Of a stretch of DNA of 64,000 bases, positions 13,501 through 25,724 are shown piece after piece. This stretch comes from Azolla caroliniana. Lineage: Eukaryota; Plantae; Polypodiophyta. Position numbers and translations under genes: made by a program. Every line of letters begins with the position of its first letter. The stretch's first letter is position 1. The stretch is taken from contig JBHGNT010000003.1 of the NCBI GenBank assembly GCA_043228905.1, positions 22,010,001-22,074,000 of the forward strand, given 5' to 3'. Under the pieces are notes generated by a model that was not told where the DNA came from, did no database searches, and saw only the letters and a list, made by a program, of their open reading frames with translations.

Positions 13501-16500
13501 CTTCTTCTTCTTTTTCCAAAAAACACTACTTCGCATTAGTTAGCTAACAAAGTACATCAAAGACCAACAAATTTCAGCAAACCTCACTCTGGCCTTCTCG
13601 CCAAAGTGACCATAGTCCCCACCTCATTTACAACAAAAGTATCCCAACAACTCCTATAACCTAGTAATAAACTTGTACCACATCTATACATATTTACAAC
13701 TCATGGTCACTAATGGGAACCATTGGCAGAAACAACCATTTGGGTGCTTGGTAGTTCCATTTAGGCCTTGATGATGATCTGACCATGATAGGAGAACTAC
13801 CCCATTTTAGCAGAAACTTTGACCGAGCGCTTTTTGTTGCATCAAATTCCCCCTGAATCGAGTTGTACCATCCACGGAACCAAGATACTAGCTCGAACTA
13901 GATACTTAACACCACCTTACCGCTAGGGAGCTTTTGTTGTTGAAAAACAAACTTACAACGCTTGGTCCAAATGTGCTAGACCGATAAACAAGCCACCATC
14001 ACTGGACATATCTGCTCAAAAAAATCAGAGTTACTGCTAGGTCGAACTCCAGTACGTTGAAACATCATGCCACCTTGCACTATAAATCCATGATTGTGGG
14101 GGTTTAACTGTTCCGCTTAGCCTTCCCCTGTTAACTTTAGCCCCTGTAAGGACCCCCATACATCTCTCCCATTCACACTGCATGTTGCCACTATCATGAG
14201 ACTTCTACTCCAAATGTTAATCGCCTATGCACAATTCCAAAAATAGTGTGGGATTGATTCCAAGGAGTGTCCACATATCTTGCAAACAACCTCTCCACCA
14301 CAACATCTCAGCCACTCCCCCACCAGTACCGCTTTATGACTAAGAAACCACAACCAATGCTTTATTTTTTCTGGCATATCAAATGCCCATAGTCTCCTCC
14401 AAAACGACTTCAACAAGTCATCAGATATGCCTTTATCCCTCCAACTATTGCAAGTTAGGGCAACGCCCATTGATTTGGAACCAATGATTTGCCTTCCTAA
14501 CTTAGTAATGTACTCAAAAAACCTCTCCAGTTTGTCTGTTCTTGGTTTCTACCACCACACCTCCAGTGGATCCCAATCCAAATCGCATAAGGGCTTATTG
14601 TCAAATATCAAAAGTTTACAATCAGTTTTCAGCTTCCCTCGGTCTGGGTTTACTTTCCACTTCTTACCTTCCAACACTTCCACCCGCATTGCCAACCACT
14701 AGCCATTGTTTGTCAAAGCACTTAGGTTGCCCCACAAACGATACTCATTAGATGGGCAATTGCCACGGATAATTTGTGCATCACCCTCACCTACAAACCA
14801 CCCAAACCAGATCCCATCTTCTTCATTCAACCTAGCTAGACCATCAACAACGGGTCACCTTTTCCAGCCCACTAGTAAACATAGTACTGCCAGCCAAACC
14901 CTCCCTCCTCTTCATTTTGAAAACCTCCCAGTCTCTAACTAAACTAACATTGTACCCTAACATCTGCTCCCATGGCAAGTATTTTTTTTGGCCAAGCATC
15001 ATATCGTCTTTGCTTCTAATCCTGGGGTTCCAAAACAATGATTTTCGGAGCTGTTCCTCCATCGTTTTTGGCTGCATTAAGACCAACCCTTTTATTAAAC
15101 TTAACCAAGCCCTCATTATGGTGCGGGCCACCCTATCCTCTATGCTAGTTGATTCTTTTAACTTTAGGCCTGGACTGAACAACCACCACTTCTTTGCCAT
15201 CCAAGGGCCACCATTCCTCAAACACCAAAGTTCAGCTCTGTCCCTAAGAAGCAACTTCCACAATTTTGGTCCAAGTTGTAGACTTCGCACCAAGACCTTA
15301 CTGAGTAAAGCCTTACACCAGCCCAAGTCCACCTTGATTTTTTTCCATGATCAAACAACTCCACGCCACTTTAACTGACGTTGTCTCATGGTCTCTACCC
15401 GACCAAAGGAACCCTCTCACCATTGCCTTAATAGTTTTGATGCAATCTTTGCCTAACATCCAACATGCTAACAAGTGCCGCATGGTGGCCAACAAAATGT
15501 GGTTTACCACAACCACTCTACCTACAAGGGAAAACTTTACTGATGTCCATAACCAAAGCTTTTTTCTAATTTTGTCTTTCACTTGCTCTAGCTGGTGATT
15601 TTTCTTAATCTCAACTCCCACCAAAAAGCCCAAATATTTAACAACCATTCTATTAGGGACCCATTGAAAATCAGCATTAGGGCGCCAAAGCAGCCATGGG
15701 TTTGGACTTACCCAAAACCCTCTACTTTTGTTCCAATTAATTTTCCCTCCTGATGCTTTACAAAACAACTCAAATTATCTTTCAACATGTTGTAAATAAG
15801 CGTCATTGCCTTGCAGATAGAGCATAGTGTCATCTGCATACATTGAGTACAGCAAATCCTTGCACGCATGTGGGACAACTAATCCTCGTATTCCTGCATC
15901 CGGTCTATTTAAAAAGAAAGAGAATGCCTCTAAAATAAATAAATAAATAAAGACAGGGGGCCAACGGGCACCCCTACCTCACAGACCTACATAATGGAAT
16001 TGGTGGGTCCCGATTGTCACGGACACACCAACCATGGACAAGGACGAAGCACGGATGACACAAGGTTACCATTGATAAGGCTACAAACGTGGAACTGGAA
16101 ATGACGAGGCTAGGAACTCTAGAAGTTGTGAGTAACTAGAGAGCATGAAGACAAATATGAAGATCAAGTAGACAATATGGCATGAAACGAGGAAAACTAG
16201 ATTGATATGTCAATGATTGGTGTTGAATCCCTTGAAAGGGACTAAGGAGGTTACAAGTATTTATACTGCGAGTTGAAGTACATGCATTACAATATTCTGG
16301 AGAATATTTGGGAGAATATTCTAGTCTAGAAAATTCTAGTCTAAGAACCCTCTAGAACTTTCTAGGTCTAGAACTTTCTGAAAACTCCCATAACTTGAAA
16401 TAGATAATCTAGTAATAATATACTAAGATATATATAACATGACCATGTATTTGAATGTGTTGGTTAGAACATAACACTTGACTATATACAAGAGGTGAAG

Positions 16501-18350
16501 AGTTCAAATCTTGACATGACTATTGTGACTCATGTCCATGACATTATCCTCCCCTTTATGATCGCCTTTTCGGAAGCGTGGTGTAGGGGTGAGTTGAAGA
16601 GAAAACCAGAGTAGGTTGAGGAGTGTGACACCGATGCCCTAACACCAACATCCTACTCAAGTTTCCTTTGTAAAGGGACAACGCAGGTGATATCCATTAT
16701 GAGGGCACTCCCAACCTCTCCATGACTTTGTCTAAAAAAGGCCACTATACTCTGGCATATGCCTTCTCGAAGTCAAGCATGAGACATGCAATATGTTGAT
16801 TGGTTTTCTTTGCCAAGGCAATCACCTCCCAAAAGGTCAACACATTATCAATTATACATCTATTTTCCATTAATCCTGTTTGTCCAACATTAATTAGCGC
16901 ATGCAAGTGGGGTTTGACCCTCTTGGCCAAAAAATATTAGCAAAAATCTTATCAATTGTATTGAACAACGTAATCGGTCTCTATTACCTGACATCTGTTA
17001 TTATACCATGTACCTTAGGAATTAGAAATATCAGCCCCTCAAAATGCTCAGGTAAGCACACAACATCCCATACCTCATTTAGAGCAACAAATCAAGTCAA
17101 CATTAATCACTTCCAAAAAAAATTCAAAAAATCTTTTGATAATCCGTCAACGCCTGGACAAGACGTGCTACATATACTTGCCAAAGCGTCTGGCACCTCC
17201 TCTTCCAAGAATGGCCCTGACAAATTAACTTGTACAACCTCTGAAATTCTTGGTTGCATTCCCTCCCGTACAAGTTATGCCAGTGAAGGCTAGTCGGGGA
17301 TACTATAACTAGATGAGCGTAGCCCACTATAGTGAGTTGTGACCGCCTCCATGATCTCTGATACATCCTCCGACAATGAACCATCCTCCTTAATGAACCA
17401 TCCTCCTTAATCACCTCTCATTCCTTAGACCTCTCAATTCTATTTTTAGTCTCTTCATGCAAATACATTGAAGTTTCAATAATCTTTCCTCGAAGATTAT
17501 CCAGTGCGCCACAACCTCCTGGATTATTTTCCTATATACTCCTAATCTTCCTTCCCACCTCTGCATCCTCAAAGAGTTTATTGCTAATCCTCAAGTTGCA
17601 GTCCCATTTTTGCTTCCTCTAGTGGACCAACGTAATCTTAATCGGCATATGATCAGAGTAAGCCCGAACATTCGATGATTTCAACAAGGCTGCCATATTT
17701 TTCCAGTTCCGAGCTTAGGTATATTCTGTCTATGCGAGACATACAAAAACCATTGATATTGCAACTTGATCTTGAGAAGCTTAGCGAGCTCCAAGGCTTT
17801 TTTAGTACATACCAAGCATCTTTCACTCCCATTTTGGCCATCAGCAAATCCCATGCAACTAACTCTGACCCCTCCACCACCGTATGCATGCCCCCCACCT
17901 TGTTCTCTGTGTGCAAAGTCATGTTAAAATCCTCTGCGAGGATCCATGCATTTGCAGTCAGCACACCATCGGCCAATTGCCTCCAAAAAAGGGCTCGCAA
18001 CGCTGACAAATTGGGCGCATACACATTTATTATTCCAATGATACATTGTTGCCATCTGATAGTCACATATGGCAAGTCCCTCCACTATGGTGTCCTGGCC
18101 CACAACAATAATATCCAGATTATTCTTGATAGATGTACAAACACCCCCTTTTTTACCATGCTCACCCTGAGTTGGGGACCAAAAAGTATGCAAATTCCCC
18201 GCAAGAGGATTCCCAATACTCAAGATTCTGTTCGCACTAAAATGGTGCTCTTGTAAGAGCAAAATGTCTGGGATCCCCTTAAAGCTTGGGGATTTGAACT
18301 CTTGACGGAGGTTCTTCCTCTCCATCATGCATTTTGATAAATTATCCATT
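13501..18350 (-). mobile_element. L1-clade LINE ORF2 remnant (APE endonuclease, RT, zf-RVT), interrupted by an LTR insertion; ends approximate
   Basis: Endonuclease motifs PDILLLQEHH, INVYAPN, EDFN and SRIDRIYLS lie at 17653-18349. RT motifs are LDFEKAY (16745-16930), GCPLAP, YADD (15829-15840) and KYLGF. The zf-RVT motif CKICGHSLESIPHYFWNC lies at 14225-14470. An A-rich 3' tail is at ~13501-13515. Many stops and frameshifts. Confidence 0.93.
16015..16630 (-). mobile_element. LTR retrotransposon derivative nested in the LINE RT: one 529-bp LTR (16015-16543), PPT and a short pre-PPT stub
   Basis: The TSD CCGAT lies at 16010-16014 and 16631-16635. LTR termini are TGTCACGGACA...TGTCCATGACA. The PPT AAAGGGGAGGATAA abuts the LTR on the minus strand, and a TATA (GTATAAATAC, minus) is near 16257-16266. 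LINE RT sequence resumes on both sides of the insertion. Confidence 0.88.
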
Positions 18351-19157
18351 TCGATGCATGATTGTTTATTTGTTAGTGTGTATGTTCTTACATTCTTATG
18401 CTACTATTTGTAAGCTTGTCATCTAGAACTACAAACACAAAAACCATAGTTGCAACAATGATAGGATTTTGGGGAGAGAATGCAAACTTCGAAGCATAAA
18501 CTCTAAATGTGGTCAATATTTTCTCAACCTACCAATGGTGATATAGGTGTATATTTATCAATATGATGTATGTACTCACAATATCTATGTTGCAAGCACC
18601 ATCTTCTTCATCCTCATCACTATGAAAGAAATTGTGAGAGAAATATTGATAACTTTGGAAAAAAGTATCTCAATATCAATCATGCCATGTTCTAATGATG
18701 AGGATGACCATTAGCCGATGTTATGTTATTCAAACACTAATTTCACCATCCAAGGTGCAAATATAGCTTCCATTCCCATGCTTGGGCATTTGTGGATATC
18801 ATCATTTTTGAATTGTCAGAGATACATTGGTATAATAGGCTATCACATAGGAACTCACATGCATTGTATGGAGCACAAAAATTCAAGTACATTTTATAAA
18901 AACATTGGCAATATTTTGGTAATTAAAAAAGCATAAGGGTATTCCTATAAATATTTGATAAGTTTGGGCATAAGGGTATTCTCATCGGGAATCTTATTGT
19001 TGTGATGGTCATGAATGTTTTAATTAATGTTACCAATACTAAAACCCGTGAAAAAAGGGAATTTTTCAAAATACATATCACTCACTTTGGTATTTTTCTA
19101 ATTTTAGTTATCTAATTTAAATTGGTAGAGAATGCATGGTTGATTCCTGAACATAGA

Positions 19158-19311
19158 GTGGAAGAGTATAATGATCACGATGGGAAGATATGTCATGGAT
19201 GTTTCAAGATTGTATCATGCATGGGTCATGACTCGTGGAAGAATATAATGATCATGATGGGTAGATAAGTCATGGATGTTTTAAGATTGTATCATGCATG
19301 GGTCATGACTC
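19158..19311 (+). repeat. Tandem duplication of a ~77-bp unit
   Basis: GTGGAAGA.TATAATGATCA.GATGGG...GGGTCATGACTC starts at 19158 and at 19235. Confidence 0.9.
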
Positions 19312-22036
19312 ACAAAGCAATTGCCATGATGCATGACCCATGGATGTAGCGGAACATGGATCATGGATGATTCATGCATATCGCATTATAATGGAAAGGG
19401 ACAAAAAACAATTAAAATCGTTCCAACTAGGATGAAAGTATTGCTTTCCTGGAAAGATGACATATTGAGAATTACGAAGTGTGTTTATTGCTTGGTTACC
19501 AATTGAATCCCACCTTGGTAGGGTTCTGTTATACCCCAACATGAATTTGATACGGTGGTAGGTGTAGAAAAACCACATAGTTAATAGTTGCACAACAACT
19601 ATGTCATATCGTTGGACCAAAATATTGTCTGAGATTGAACCACACAAGGAAAGAAAACCCATCCAAGTAAGAATATCTCATCCATTGAGCATGTCATTCA
19701 TTTTAGCCTCCATTAGTGATTGTACATGTGCTTACTCGTTACTAATTCTTATTCGCCCTTGGGTTATATGAAGTTTGCTAAGCACAAGAGTTTATGTGCA
19801 TGCAATATTATTCTACAAACTACCAAGACTTTACATTTCTAAAAAGTGTGTCATTCCATTCAGCTTGTAAAAGAAGCATTAGCCATATCCAACCACAATG
19901 TCATTAAGGATCCTCTAACACCTAGTATATCCAACTAATCAAGGTACCATGAGGAGGCAACAACATGATGACCATGAATCGTGACAATGTGAAGGTTGTT
20001 CCATGATCTTCCAATCATGTGAAATGCTACTATTGGTTGTTTATGTGCATTTTGCACTTATTGACATGTTTATTGGTTAATCATAATGTTTGATGATGCT
20101 AGATATTATTTCATTAGGTCGCGATGAAAAAAGAGAAGTATTTTGTGTCACTTAGCATGGATCCAACCTAAGGTACAACTTATGATTATCAACATTTTAG
20201 GTGCAAACAAAATTTTCCCATGTTTAAAATAATTAAGAAAAGTCTTTGGATAAACATACAAGAGTCTTGATTGTCACATTTCACAAATTGTTGTTTTTTT
20301 CCAGCAAGAGAGGATATGATATCTTTTCTCAATAGAGCCAATCATGTTTCACATTGAATTATTCGCAAACCATGGGTTGAAGTTGACATCCCGGAAATAA
20401 GTTTGTGTAGCTGGGCGTTAGGCCTAAGTAGAAAAATATATGTGGTATCACAATATGCCACACATCTAAGGGCAAGGAAGGTGTGCACAATTGCAACATA
20501 TGGATCCAAATTTGTCGTTAGACTGGACCACACAAAGAACATAACATCTAGGACCATCTAATTCTTTGAGCTTTCCTTTGATGATTATTAGGTCTTATCC
20601 ATTTCTACCCTTATATGTCAATTGGACATGATTTATTTCCGCTACTTGACAAAAAAAGAGGACAAGTTTTAAATTTGTTTGTTTCAATAATGGGGCACGA
20701 GAATCAATGTCAAGGATTAAGATATGTATATGTTTCAAAATGGGGGGCTATTTTAGCACGTATACATATTACAAGCATAATTCATCAGAAAAAAAGGCGT
20801 TAGATGATATATATGCTATATTATGCTCATTTTTATACCCAAAAAGGAATCGATTGCATTCCTTTAGTGAAAAAATATGACAAAGGCATATTGCAATTAT
20901 TAATTCCAATTCAACAAATGACACAATATATGCACATGTCTAGTTGTATTGATATGCCTATGTATGTTTGAAGACACGATGCATTCATCCATATACACTT
21001 TTTTTAGCAATGCGTTGTATTGTCAGTAGAAACACTGAAGTGAGGTGAAAACCGAGAAATGAAATTTTACAACATGTGATTGTAACAACTTAAAAAAAAA
21101 AAAGCATAAATATGCCCTCTCTACCATGTCATGAGAGACGTGACAAACATACAAGAGAAAAGGATTATATGAGGGTAAATGTAAATAAATGGTATGGTTC
21201 GGGAGTTGCTTACCCAAACTAATGATATAACTCGGCACCAAATTCGTGCCAAGAAAGATGGCAACAAGCACAAGATTCCATGGTAAAAAGGAAAGAACTA
21301 GAAAAACTTTCAAATTTAATAAGCATGGAATGGTAAGTGTAAACAACAGAGAACTTGCTCCAAGATGCATGTTGCAAGGGGACACATTACTTGGTAGATG
21401 AAAATGGTTTTGATTTGTTTGCTTAGACCACTTCCTAGTGGGCAAAGAAATTTTCGTTCATTGTAACGACACACCATCATGCAAGATCCTAAGTAGGCTT
21501 TGCTAGAGAAATAGACATTATTTCAAAGACATTGATTTCTTTTGCATCTCATTGGTCTCGTTGTTTTCCATCAAACCAGTGACTTTTACTATAACACAAA
21601 TCATCACAAAATATATGTAACTGTGATTGGATTTTAATACTACATATACTTTTTAAATCGATAGAGTATGGTGACACCAAGTAGAATTTGAAAAGAACTG
21701 ACAATCCCCCTCCATCATGTTTTGTCTAATAACATAGGTACATGGATATGGTCCAATACAATGAATTGGTAAGTCTCTTGTAACCATGCCACATGCACAT
21801 GTGACGCCTCCCAAAACCATACCTTAACTTAATGTTGTGAAGCATACCACACACAAACAAGATGGATGCGCCTACAAAGTTTTTAATGTTTCATGGACAC
21901 ACTAAATACTAGTACGCCAGTAACTTGGTGGTAGGACATTCACAATATTTATAAGTTATGTCATGATAATTTTGCAACAACCTAGATGTTAAACTGCTTT
22001 TCTTGCTTATTGCATCACGTAACTATAGATTCATAT

Positions 22037-22284
22037 TCACCTGCCACCCTCTTTTCGGTGTAGGCCCCAAGAGCCGACTCGTACGAGGCCACATTGAAGG
22101 GCATTGCCTTGGATATAGGTAGCTTCTTACATTAAGTTAGGCCGCAAGGCAATGTAAGTGGCTCATCTTCTTTGGCTTGATCGGAGGAAGTCTCCCCGAT
22201 GTGTGTATAAATTTCCTTATAGACTCTATGTAATAATCCTTCCTAACTAATGGGAAAGTAGCTTTACTTTGAAAAAAAAAAAAA
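22037..22284 (+). mobile_element. Short retroposed insert (SINE-like or truncated LINE 3'UTR) with poly(A) tail
   Basis: A 16-bp TSD AACTATAGATTCATAT lies at 22021-22036 and 22285-22300. A poly(A) run starts at 22272. Confidence 0.88.
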
Positions 22285-22494
22285 AACTATAGATTCATAT
22301 ATCAATGACCTTAAGCTTAACTACTCAAATTTGAAAGATTTGGGGAAATTATTGCTTTTTGGGAAAGATTTAAACATGCAAATTAATTTACCTACCTAAA
22401 GGTTATTTATGCCCATAAAATTGGTGAATAGGCTTACTTAGATATATTTCAGGCTAATAGGCACAAAACAAAATAGTCACAAATATAAGAAACT

Positions 22495-22784
22495 TTTTTT
22501 TTTTTCCAAAAAAAGATATTACATTAGTATTAGAAAACGCCATAAGGCTAAACATACAACTTTACAAGATATACCACCGATCCCCTATGTTTTTCTAAAT
22601 TCTAACCATCGGCTTAAATAAACGCTTTGGTGTTGAGTAGAACCACTCCACCTTATCAAAACGCCGTCTATAAAATATACCTATGTCCCAAATGGCATGA
22701 AACTCCACACGCCTAAGCTCCACTTGATGCATATTACCTTTTATACTATCCAAAATCCCTTTGAGATTATGCACAATCTCTATC
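22495..22784 (-). mobile_element. 5'-truncated L1 LINE 3' end with poly(A)
   Basis: The TSD CAAATATAAGAAACT(TTTT) starts at 22480 and 22785, and a poly(T) run on the plus strand spans ~22494-22505. The minus strand has an open tail IEIVHNLKGILDSIKG...VEWFYSTPKRLF* that resembles an ORF2 C-terminus. Confidence 0.85.
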
Positions 22785-23137
22785 CAAATATAAGAAACTT
22801 TTTAGTTTAGTCACTATGTTTAGCAATTGTTTGGTGTTTAATCCACCAATATTATTGACCTCGGGGTTTTGAACCATGAAAGAATTGTCTTAGAAATGTA
22901 GGATATGTACATAATTCAAGTTAGAAACAAGAACTTGTTAAAAAACATTTCACTCAATGAGTTTGTCTTATGTTGTAATAAAGTTTGTGATGTATAGGTT
23001 AATAGCTTATTATAGTTTAATAGTTCTTGACCTTGAGACGTTATTATTGTTTCCATTGTACTACGTCGTCGTTCTCGTTGAACTAATTTCTTAATACACA
23101 CACACACACCTCTCAATGAACTATGCTTAATAATGTT

Positions 23138-23264
23138 TTTTTTTTTTTCCAAAAAAAATACTGCTTCGCATTAGTTAGCAAACAAAATTACATCATAGAA
23201 CTCTCAAAATTCCTCTCAACAGCCCTCACTCTGGCCTTCCCACCAAAGCGGACTCTTTTGTACA
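23138..23264 (-). mobile_element. Severely 5'-truncated copy of the same L1 family as 13501-18350
   Basis: The TSD TA(T/C)GCTTAATAATGTT lies at 23122-23137 and 23265-23280, with poly(T) on the plus strand. The sequence CTTCGCATTAGTTAGC...CCTCACTCTGGCCTTC.C.CCAAAG matches ~13529-13606. Confidence 0.88.
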
Positions 23265-25094
23265 TACGCTTAATAATGTTAATATATCTTTATGAAAATC
23301 ATGGTCTACAACCTCTTTTGTAAGTTTTGGAGGTCATACAACGTGTATATGGTGGTGATTGGTTTGTTAAACCACCTCTTACATGAGTTTGGTCATGGAT
23401 TTGCATTTACTTCGCATGAGAAATTCAAAATGAAAGGATGAAGAAATTAGTGATTTGTTAGTATTGGTTCCCCTATGAATTATGATTTCATCAAACAAGT
23501 ATCAATGAGAGCATGAGTTGAGCAATTCCTTTAACCAACTTACATGCATATCCAAGTATTCATTCATATTGTTTTAAATGTACTCATTGATAGTGTTCAC
23601 TTGTTCGAGAAAAAGTTGCCCATACTCACTAAGAAGCTGATCCAATTTATTCATTTGGTTGGTTGGAAAGATTTGCAAAAGGAACAAAATCATAGGAATT
23701 ATACGCACGAGGTTTCTAAACATCCCTTTACCTTTCTACAAGGAAAACCTTTGTAGATCAATAAAGAACAAAAAACCCGAAATTTGCTTGACGTAGGCTA
23801 GCGGTGAGGAAAGCGTAAAAATGAATTTGATGAACAACAAGAAGTTTGGAGCACAATGTCTTCCTACAACTTAGGAATTGGATTAAATATATTCAAGACA
23901 ATATTACGTTTGTTACTTTATTTTCTATTAAACGTTGATGTTACGACCATGGACCATGAAGGCTTCGTGACTATCGAGAGTTTTAATTCAAATATAACAC
24001 AATTTTTCTAGGGACTATAAAATAAATGTTTTGGCAAAAAAGGTGAGCTTTAGTTTCAAACCCTATGAGGTGAACACATAATTTATGTACCTACATATCC
24101 CAACATAGTTTTAGTGAATACAAAAGTAACAAGCCAATAGTTGATATCACTGTATTCACGATAAGGATGCAACTCGCAAGTTCAAGTGGTGTGGTCAATG
24201 ATCTATGCAAATTTCTTTAGATGGGTGGGGACCATGTTTGGTATTAAGGCTAAGGCTAGGTCATGATGACAACTTGAACAAAAAAAGGAAAAAGCTTATG
24301 CGACAAAAACGTTTGGCTCCAAAAATCGTGGGCTTATCCAAGAACTAGATAATTTCATGCCTATGACTTGGGGTGTCCGACTTAATTGACTTTAAATTGG
24401 ATGATTATGGATTTGATAGTGAGGCACAAGCAATTTTATATTGTAACCTAGAAAAGTGTCAACCTTTCTTTTGATTAAGTCATGCATGGATTCTCATATA
24501 AACGGATGGATTGCTCGAATTATCATCCATATGTGGCAAGATTGTGAAATTCTAATGCATAGAAGAATCTTTTGAGATTTCTTAGCTACATCAAAAAGCA
24601 CCCGGATACAAGCACCATAGTGAGTGACCATGCGAGCATTAACAAACTGAATAGGTGCTAACCTCGAATAGATGATAAGGCAAATTGATCGTTGAGTGCT
24701 CTATCGCTTTTTAGGCCGTCATGCCGACTGACATAGGAAACTATTGGGTCCGATTTGTTCGTTACATTGGATCATATAGAAAAAAATTTGCTGGGTTAAA
24801 AAGCCTAACTACATATCCATGGTGTAAGTAATTAGACTCCGATGAGGCTACATTTGTTGTTCTACTCCATCGAATTTCTATCTTACACCCTTCCTTCGAG
24901 TAGGGATCGAATCCTACGTTGCCACACCAGTGAAATAACGTTATCTTTACATGTTTGCACCTCGACACCAGCCGTAGAGGCCTTGACTACCAGCCATTGT
25001 GTTTCTTGATGATGGATCGAACGAAGAAGAAGAAGATGCATTCCATGTGAACCCAGGCTTAGATAGATAGATGTGTGAACCGACTTAAAAGTGA

Positions 25095-25096
25095 GA

Positions 25097-25127
<31 letters not shown>

Positions 25128-25684
25128 AAGGTCTGGAAAAAGTGGTGATGACATTTCATCTAGAGAAAAGAAAGAAAGAAAAGGAAGAGAAAAGACATAA
25201 AAAGCGTGACGAGTCAAAATAAAAAAGGAGTAAATGCGATGGACGCAAAATGCTGGCAATATGGCTGGCAGACCAAGTCGGTTGGTGACCGGCCGTAGCC
25301 GGTAAAAACATGACAACGAGGCCAAGGCCTAAAAAAATACATAAATTTTGTTTTTAACAAAAATAAATTAGCCGTATGAAAGGCGTGGCGCATTTAATTG
25401 TCGGGATGTGGGAGACAAACCGAAATTGAGAAAAATAGAATAACAAAAAAACAATAGCAATTAAATTTTGTTTTCGTCGATATATATATATATATATATT
25501 TAGAAAAATAAAACCCCAGAGAGAGAGAGAGAGAGAGAGAGAAAAAAAGAATTGGAGATAAAAAAGCAAACGAATATTACAAAAAGGAGCTACCTACAAA
25601 AAGAAGAAGAAGAAATAAATATCTTGGGAGAGCACGAGACCCACACAACACACAAACAGCGCGCACACTTTTTTGTCTTCCCGC

Positions 25685-25724
<40 letters not shown>

